From contig UYFQ01000597.1 in assembly GCA_900617105.1 (NCBI GenBank), forward strand, positions 51,388 through 71,387: a stretch of 20,000 nucleotides of DNA. Reading direction: 5' to 3'. How positions within the stretch are numbered: position 1 is the stretch's first letter; each line of letters begins with the position of its first letter. The translations under genes were made by a program, and so were the position numbers. Origin of the DNA: Hydrurus foetidus. Lineage: Eukaryota. This document shows, piece by piece, positions 14,068 through 20,000 of this stretch. The notes beneath the pieces were generated by a model. That model was not told the origin of the DNA and searched no databases. It saw nothing but the letters and a program-made list of their open reading frames with translations.

Positions 14068-14854
14068 CAGTGGGAGTCACCTAGAAACGGAATGAAGTGA
14101 GTGGTGGAACCTGGAACTACTAAAACTTTTGCATTTGTTTTTTTGTTGCTTTTATCGCTCTGTTATCGTGTTGAGAATGATCATGTGAACATTCCAACAG
14201 AGAGCTTTTTTCCAAATTCATCTATCCAAAGATACCTTCAAAGGCATCCAAGATTCAAGATGTCGTGTGCGCGCCACTTGATTGCTGTCAACTATTCTGA
14301 ATCATGAGAATGCTTTTGCTGCTGAGCTTGGTAGACTTCTTTTCGGCGTTCTCGATTGCTTCACGACTCTTTTCTCGATTGTTTGATTATTATTTGAGAT
14401 GCCGATACTGTTGTCTGCTCCCGTCGATTCCGGCATTGTTCAGTTACATTTTGATGACAAATTCTCGGACCTCTCATCTGGATGAAGAAAATGGAACATC
14501 TTTGACTGGGGGCAGCAGCACCACCTCTCATGTGCGACACTGTTTTTCGAAGTCGTGAACACTAAGTTTCGAACCCCAATCGCCAATGAAGATCGGCGCC
14601 TGATCTAATGGCGCTCTACCAAGTGAGCTTCCTAGGTCCTGTTGACATTGCGCTCCTGACATCAGAATAGAAATGCGTTATGGAGAATTGTCTCTGCGGG
14701 AGGATCACAGCATCACATCAGGGCTGCCCGTGACGGGTATACCTTACTTACGACTAAGTGCACGTACGTAAGTACGCTACGCCTACGCGGTTTAATCTAG
14801 TAGAACTTTCCGCCAAAGAAGTGGGACTATTCCGTTTCTAGGTGACTCCCACTG
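14068..14854. mobile_element. Non-autonomous Tc1/mariner-pogo-type TIR element (MITE), 787 bp
   Basis: Perfect 26-bp TIRs CAGTGGGAGTCACCTAGAAACGGAAT at 14068..14093 and 14829..14854 (reverse complement). Flanked by TA at 14066-67 and 14855-56. No transposase ORF inside. Confidence 0.9.
14556..14639 (-). other. tRNA-like Pol III cassette (SINE head or tRNA pseudogene) inside the MITE
   Basis: Minus strand GGACCTAGGAAGCTCACTTGGTAGAGCGCCATTAGATCAGGCGCCGATCTTCATTGGCGATTGGGGTTCGAAACTTAGTGTTCA. D-arm/A-box GCTC-ACTTGGTA-GAGC and B-box GGTTCGAAAC, with a long hairpin in place of the anticodon arm. Acceptor and T stems are weak. Confidence 0.6.
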
Positions 14855-14874
14855 TATCCCACAAAGAATTTTGA

Positions 14875-14937
14875 CGGGAAATGAAACCTACCCCCCATTT
14901 CAATTTTCCCACCAATATTACCCCTAATTTTCGAAGT
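14875..14937 (+). repeat. Direct repeat copy 2 (63 bp) of 13985..14040
   Basis: Near-identical to copy 1 apart from a 7-nt insertion after GAAACC. Confidence 0.9.
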
Positions 14938-15940
14938 TCGGAAACTGATTTTCATGTCAAGTTTCCCGATGCCTGACGCTGCTGCCAGCTCAGTTCTCTC
15001 GATGTCATTCACATCTTCAAGTACTACTCAGGTAGAGAACACGTCGAAGATACAAATTCAGCCCCTCTGAGTCAAAAATTCGCGTTTCTCGACGAATATC
15101 TTCCTCTGCTGATGTAGAGGTCGCTTTCAAGTGCTCCAAATTGGCTAACTTCAGGCCCTGAAGGTGACAAATCAACCAGGAAAACAGGAATTCACTTCAA
15201 CTACCATCAGAAATCGACTCACTACTTCAACAGATGATCGGAAACCAGCTGTCAATCGTCAGCCAAATGTTCTTCCATCACCGACCGACTGCGAAATTTT
15301 TTCCTCTTCTGCGGCGAGCCAAGCCCAATCATAGCAGCGTCATCGGCAATATACATTACACAACGACATCAACGCAGCCACCTAAATCTGTTGTTATAAC
15401 AACTTTCCCAAACTGGAACAACAATCTCCGGCGCCCACTGCGCCCTCGGTAACAGCAGCTCATAGATGGCATAGCTTTTCGGCGATCACCTTTCTCAGTC
15501 GGAGCAGTTGCACAGCGGTGGCCGATCAGAAAGGACTTTCATTGCCAAATTGTGATAACATTACTTTAACAGCAGAGTGACGGCAACATCAGCAGCAGCA
15601 GTAAACTACTTAGCTACTTATCTTCTAACCGCTATTGGGGCGAATTGTCAGGATTTCTGTTGCCAATTTGCCAAAAGACGGAAAAACATTCAGAATTTGA
15701 ATTTAGATGCGGAAACTGATTGGTACCACTGTGGGATGAACGAAAACACAATAATATCAGTGAATCTTTATCACACATGGTTTTATTTTAATTACGGAAT
15801 TTTTTTGAAACTCCTGACTCAAACTTCTGCCTCGTCAACATGTCGACGTGAGCTCCACAGCTATCCTCTACGAACTCGTTCATTCTCAACAGTACTGGCC
15901 AGTTGCTGAAGCTGCTTAATTTGAATTCTAGGGTCAGCAG

Positions 15941-16499
15941 ATGGAAATTTCAGATGAGGATTTGGTTGCGGAGCTAGCGAGGAGGAAAGGCTTGTTAGAG
16001 AAAAGCTTGTTAGCGCACCGAAGTTGTAACTGCTTTAGAAGTTGCAGCAAAGAGGACGCGGATGCTTCTAGAATTGCATAAAGTCAACTCGGAATTGGAT
16101 TCAGATGTGGATGACCAATCAAATTCTGCCAGCTCTTCGAGTTCGTCATCATCGTCGAGTTCTTCGAGTTCGTCATCATCGTCGACTTCTTCGAGTTCGT
16201 CATCATCGTCGAATCCTACGCCACTTCCCATGGTGCCTCAATCTTTGTCATCATCGTCGAATCCTACGCCACTTCCCATAGTGCCTCAACCTTTGGCCTT
16301 GGAGCTGGCGCCTAAAAATAGCATGTTTTCTTACTGGGCTGTTAAAGACCGCACCGTCATCGATGTCGAAGCGTTGACAAAACAGCGAGTGAGTGATGCA
16401 AAGCGAAACAGTGAGAGTAAACAGACAGACTCGCACAGAGAGAGGAGAATTTCCGTTGGATCGCAGAATAATGGGAGAGCCGTGGCGTCTGAAAGAACC
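15941..16499 (+). pseudogene. Frameshifted, truncated ORF (helical N-terminus, Ser-rich repeats), probably transposon-derived
   Basis: ATG 15941 MEISDEDLVAELARRKGLLEKSLL; frame change near 16010 into RTEVVTALEVAAKRTRMLLELHKVNSELDSDVDD; 27-bp x3 Ser repeats and a 51-bp duplication (SSSSNPTPLPxVPQ). The protein-like sequence ends where the putative LTR starts (TGT at 16500). Confidence 0.4.
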
Positions 16500-17137
16500 T
16501 GTTCGCAGTATTCTTAGCAAGCAATAAAGGAAAAGTTGAAGAGAGATGACTTGCATTTGGTTTCGTACCTTGTTGCTGAAAAGAGAATTTGGTGCTCCTG
16601 TGGTCCAATGAAGGTAGAAGGGTGCAGGAAGGCACTTTAGCTTACAACGGGTGAGAGGGGAAAAGAGCTTGCAGAGGTGTAAAACTCTGCATGCAAGAGT
16701 TGCAAGGTAAGCTAACAAGCTGCGAGATGTCAGAAGGACTCTCAGCCACATGTAGAAACAGCTATACGGTACTAGAGAGGGTGGGAATGTGGTACTAAAT
16801 CCTGTACCATCACATTACCCCCACTTACTCCTTTCGGAAACGACCCAAGTCTCGCTTCTCTCTTTCTACACTACTTAATTGTAACTTAAAAAAATATTTG
16901 AATTAAAGCTAAAGCAGAGAAAATTACATCAAGATGTTGAAAAATGATGAAAAAATAACTAGTCTAGAAGAGAGCTTGGGACAGGCCCATCCGAGGAAGC
17001 GTCCGTGCGTTCGACATTGGCGATCTTGACCGAGTGTGAGTATGTCAGATTTCACTGACTAAAACCGTAAAACCCCACGTAGGGTGAAAAAATGGCAAAA
17101 TTTTGAGCAAAATCTCACACCGGCATATCTTCGCCAC
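16500..17137 (-). mobile_element. 3' end of LTR retrotransposon 'A': 3' UTR, PPT (16815..16835) and ~315-bp LTR (16500..16814)
   Basis: Minus strand GAAAGGAGTAAGTGGGGGTAA (PPT-like) is immediately followed by TGTGATGGTAC...GCGAACA (TG...CA). The UTR carries the same hairpin motif as the chromovirus 3' UTR. The left LTR boundary is inferred. Confidence 0.6.
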
Positions 17138-17378
17138 TGTGATAGTACCGGGTCCAGGGTCCCGATCCTACCGGGTACCAACTCTACCGGATCCTACCGG
17201 GTACTACTACTGTACACTACAGTGTGGTCGGACCGGCTATACCGGGCCTACGGGCCGTACCGGACCTTGTCCCGATCCATCCGATCCTACCGCCTACTGT
17301 ACACATACATCTCTAGCGCAGCTGCTAGCTAGCTCTAGCCTACTCGTAGAAGTTATCCTAGCTTCTAGCTCGTAGCCT
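17138..17378. mobile_element. Probable end of another LTR ('B'), GC-rich with short internal repeats
   Basis: Sharp composition shift at TGTGATAGTAC (10/11 identical to the terminus TGTGATGGTAC of element A, opposite orientation). Repeated GATCCTACCG, GGACC/GGCC and CTAG units. Confidence 0.4.
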
Positions 17379-17675
17379 TGTAACTAACTGACACCTTTCC
17401 TCTATCGACCTATTGTGGTCTTGGGCGGGGCCTAGGACGTTGGAGCTAAAAGTGGTGGTCGGTTGTTGCAAGCGGTGGGCAAGGGAAGGAAGGATAGATG
17501 GAGTAAACTTGTGTTAGTATTTTACAGTTGAGTATCTACAAGTGATGTGTACGCTAAAGTGCATTCACGTCATATGTGGAACTAAGACCTAAAAGTGGAA
17601 TCTGGGCGTAATATACCTATTGTACCTAGTTAACCTAGACACATTGTATCCCCTTAGGAATGCAATAAGGCTACA
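17379..17675 (-). repeat. 3' LTR of the chromovirus (~297 bp)
   Basis: Starts TGTAGCCTT right after the PPT. End placed at ...TAGTTACA (17379; terminal IR TGTAGC/TGTAAC). Alternative ends are 17371 (8-bp IR GTAGCCTT) or 17138. Confidence 0.6.
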
Positions 17676-17695
17676 CTACCCCTTCTTCCTTTTTT
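17676..17695 (-). promoter_or_regulatory. Polypurine tract (plus-strand primer) of the chromovirus
   Basis: AAAAAAGGAAGAAGGGGTAG on the minus strand immediately 5' of the LTR TG, about 180 nt after the pol stop. Confidence 0.85.
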
Positions 17696-17876
17696 GAAGA
17701 TCTTTGATATGATATACAAAAAAAATGAAAAAAAAAGAAAAGATATGTAAAACATATATATGAGATATAGATGAAACGATGATGTCAGACTTTTACTGAC
17801 TAAACTCTCCAAAAAAGACCCGTAGGTAAAAAAAATAGGAGAGAATCCTCATGGATAAAGTTTCAAATATATTAAG

Positions 17877-20000
17877 TCATCTATGTTGCTTATTGATTAA
17901 TTTAGTCATGTTATTATGACGTAAATAATCATGAAGTTTATCAACATCACGAAGACTTGAATAAGGTTCCCAAGTGTTTTTGTCTGAAGGGTAATTTAAC
18001 CATTTGACTAAAAACTCTATGTGGGTACGTTGGTGTTTGCCACGATGATCAAGAATGTCTTCAACAAAGTATTCCATGTGATCACGTCGTGCAACATCCA
18101 ACGGATTTGTGATTGAAGGGTCAAATAGAAAAGGTTTCATTGCAGAAACATGAAACTCTGAAGTTTTCTGAGTGACTAAATCATAAAGTGTGTAACGCGA
18201 ATTTTCGCCACTAACGACTTTTAATGGGCCTCTCCAATGCGTGTGAAGACGTGAAGGAGGGGATCCATCGCGATAGTGCACTAAGACATAAGAGTCTTTT
18301 GGATAATCTACATGCTGAAAAACTTGAGACTGACTTTGATGAAGCAAATCTGTGCGAAGAAGTTCTTTAGCAGAAGCTTTAAGAAGACTGTCTTGCGTTT
18401 TGAGTAGATTGCTCATCCGCTTTGACAAAGGTTTGTCATCAGTAACATTTCGCTCAGCAGGAGGTAAAAAAATACCTCTATCGAGTTTGAGTACATTTCC
18501 GAAAAGAAGTTGAGAAGATGATATTTTTAAACGATCACTGTGATTCGAATTTAAAATTCGTTGCACAAATGGTAGTGACGTTTTATAATCTTCTAGTGTG
18601 ACATTATCGAATGTTAATGCACGAAGATGTCTATTAACTTCTTTATTCATGCGCTCAACAATAGCATTTTCTTCTTTAGAATATGCTAAAGTAAGACAAT
18701 GTTGAGTGCCAATAAGAGTTAGAAACTCTCTAATAACTTCGGAAATGAAGTGTGGCCCATTATCAGAACGGAGTTGGAGAGGTGCGCCGAAACGACCGAA
18801 GTGTTGCAAGAGGCATTTAGCTGTTGAAAGTGCTGTAGCATCTTCTGTATGAAACAGTTCAACCCATCTTGTGAACGTATCGATAATTACGAGTACGTAC
18901 CCGCCGTCTGGAAACGGTCCTATGAAGTCTATGTTAAGGCATTCCATAGGTGTGTAAGTAGAAGTCGAGAAACCATGAGCATGTATTGGTATCTTTAACA
19001 TACTCATTTTCTGACAACACGAACAGTGATCTATGAACCACCTGACGTGCTGACGCATATATTGCCATACTATTTTTTTGTCAATGAGACGCTTTAAAGT
19101 GCGCTCAAGGCCAAAATGCCCAACTTGTGAATTGTGTACTTTACTGATTGTATTGTACTGATCACGTGTTAGTTTGAATTTTTCAATAGTATTAGCAGAC
19201 ATGATTGCATCAGGAGTATATTCCTGAGGGAAATCAACCATGTTATTGCGACAGAGTCGAGACATCGAATCAGCTATATCATTGTTAGCACCAGGTATAT
19301 ATTCAATTTTAAATGAATATTCGGATAAGGCCATAAACCACCGAACAATCATTGGATTTGAATTATCCTTGATGTATAACAAGTTACGATGATCTGTACG
19401 CAATGTGAACGTACGATCACGTAATAGCGATTTTAAATACGTGCACGAATAAAAGATAGCATATGCTTCTTTTTGTATAACAGCCCAACGAAGCTGAGCT
19501 TTGTTAAGTGATTTACTGACAAATGCTATGGGCGTTTCTTGACCGTCAACTAGCTGGAAAAGATAGGCACCTACACCATAGTCCGATGCATCAGTGTGCA
19601 AGTAAATCGGATCGGTGTCACTTATAAAGTGCATAGTCGTGCATTTTGAAATCTCGGATTTGATCAAATTGAATGCTCTGAGAGATTCTATTGTCCAAGT
19701 TATTTTCTTATACTTATTATAGTTAAGAAGCAACTGATGTAACGGGTATACAACAGTAGAAGCGTTTCTAACAAAGTCGTGAAAATAATTAACCAATCCT
19801 AAAAAACTTTTGAGTTGTTTAGATAGTACTGGTTTAGGAAAATCTAAGACAGTCCGTATTTTTTCTTGTGACATTCTAAGTCCATCTGCAGATAGAACTT
19901 TGCCAACATAATCTATTTCGGCATAGCCTAGATAACACTTATTCGGTTTAAGGAATATTTTGTGTTTTCTAAATCGATCAAACACAAGACGAAGTCTAAA
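17877..20000 (-). CDS. pol: Pol polyprotein, 5'-truncated by the window: RT C-terminus, RNase H, integrase (HHCC, DD35E, GPY/F-like), chromodomain
   Basis: LKPNKC...IDYVGKVL (RT); LHTDASDYGVGAYL, QKEAYAI, RTDHRNL, ADSMSR (RNase H); HNSQVGHFG...CSCCQ; NIDFIGP, SDNG, IVERMN (integrase); WRGPLKV; YFVEDILDHR...FLVKWLNY...NTWEP (chromodomain). The frame is open to base 20000 with no stops. Confidence 0.97.
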   Translation of the reverse strand, partial: FRLRLVFDRFRKHKIFLKPNKCYLGYAEIDYVGKVLSADGLRMSQEKIRTVLDFPKPVLSKQLKSFLGLVNYFHDFVRNASTVVYPLHQLLLNYNKYKKITWTIESLRAFNLIKSEISKCTTMHFISDTDPIYLHTDASDYGVGAYLFQLVDGQETPIAFVSKSLNKAQLRWAVIQKEAYAIFYSCTYLKSLLRDRTFTLRTDHRNLLYIKDNSNPMIVRWFMALSEYSFKIEYIPGANNDIADSMSRLCRNNMVDFPQEYTPDAIMSANTIEKFKLTRDQYNTISKVHNSQVGHFGLERTLKRLIDKKIVWQYMRQHVRWFIDHCSCCQKMSMLKIPIHAHGFSTSTYTPMECLNIDFIGPFPDGGYVLVIIDTFTRWVELFHTEDATALSTAKCLLQHFGRFGAPLQLRSDNGPHFISEVIREFLTLIGTQHCLTLAYSKEENAIVERMNKEVNRHLRALTFDNVTLEDYKTSLPFVQRILNSNHSDRLKISSSQLLFGNVLKLDRGIFLPPAERNVTDDKPLSKRMSNLLKTQDSLLKASAKELLRTDLLHQSQSQVFQHVDYPKDSYVLVHYRDGSPPSRLHTHWRGPLKVVSGENSRYTLYDLVTQKTSEFHVSAMKPFLFDPSITNPLDVARRDHMEYFVEDILDHRGKHQRTHIEFLVKWLNYPSDKNTWEPYSSLRDVDKLHDYLRHNNMTKLINKQHR

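Larger units (their letters stand above)
17379..20000 (-). mobile_element. Ty3/Gypsy chromovirus LTR retrotransposon (3' part), continues beyond the right edge
   Basis: Pol order RT-RNaseH-IN-chromodomain; PPT AAAAAAGGAAGAAGGGGTAG directly followed by TGTAGCC; LTR ends ...GTTACA. Confidence 0.92.

Noticed and set aside
14556..14639. Functional tRNA gene
   Set aside because: Acceptor and T stems pair poorly and there is no canonical anticodon arm; reported only as a tRNA-like cassette.

Overview
Eukaryotic nuclear DNA with GT-AG introns, mostly 75-155 bp. Two bipartite signal+transit presequences suggest an alga with a complex red plastid (ochrophyte, possibly chrysophyte); this is inference. 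The left 13.6 kb is gene-dense: a presequence-bearing gene running off the left edge (ViaA/VWA-like N-terminus, tentative), a spliced 72-aa mitochondrial-type microprotein missed by the ORF track, HYPK, a 3-BRCT microcephalin-like gene, a hairpin-forming 24-bp minisatellite, and a 5-exon CDC48/p97. The CDC48 carries a signal peptide plus transit peptide with an IRGG motif, so it is probably the periplastid SELMA sCdc48. The right 6.4 kb is a transposon nest: a TA-flanked 787-bp TIR element carrying a tRNA-like Pol III cassette, a frameshifted ORF cut by an LTR with PPT, a possible second LTR end, and the 3' part of an intact Ty3/Gypsy chromovirus (RT-RNaseH-IN-chromodomain). The two LTR-element 3' UTRs share a two-hairpin RNA motif. 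All exon models were derived by hand; no database searches were run.
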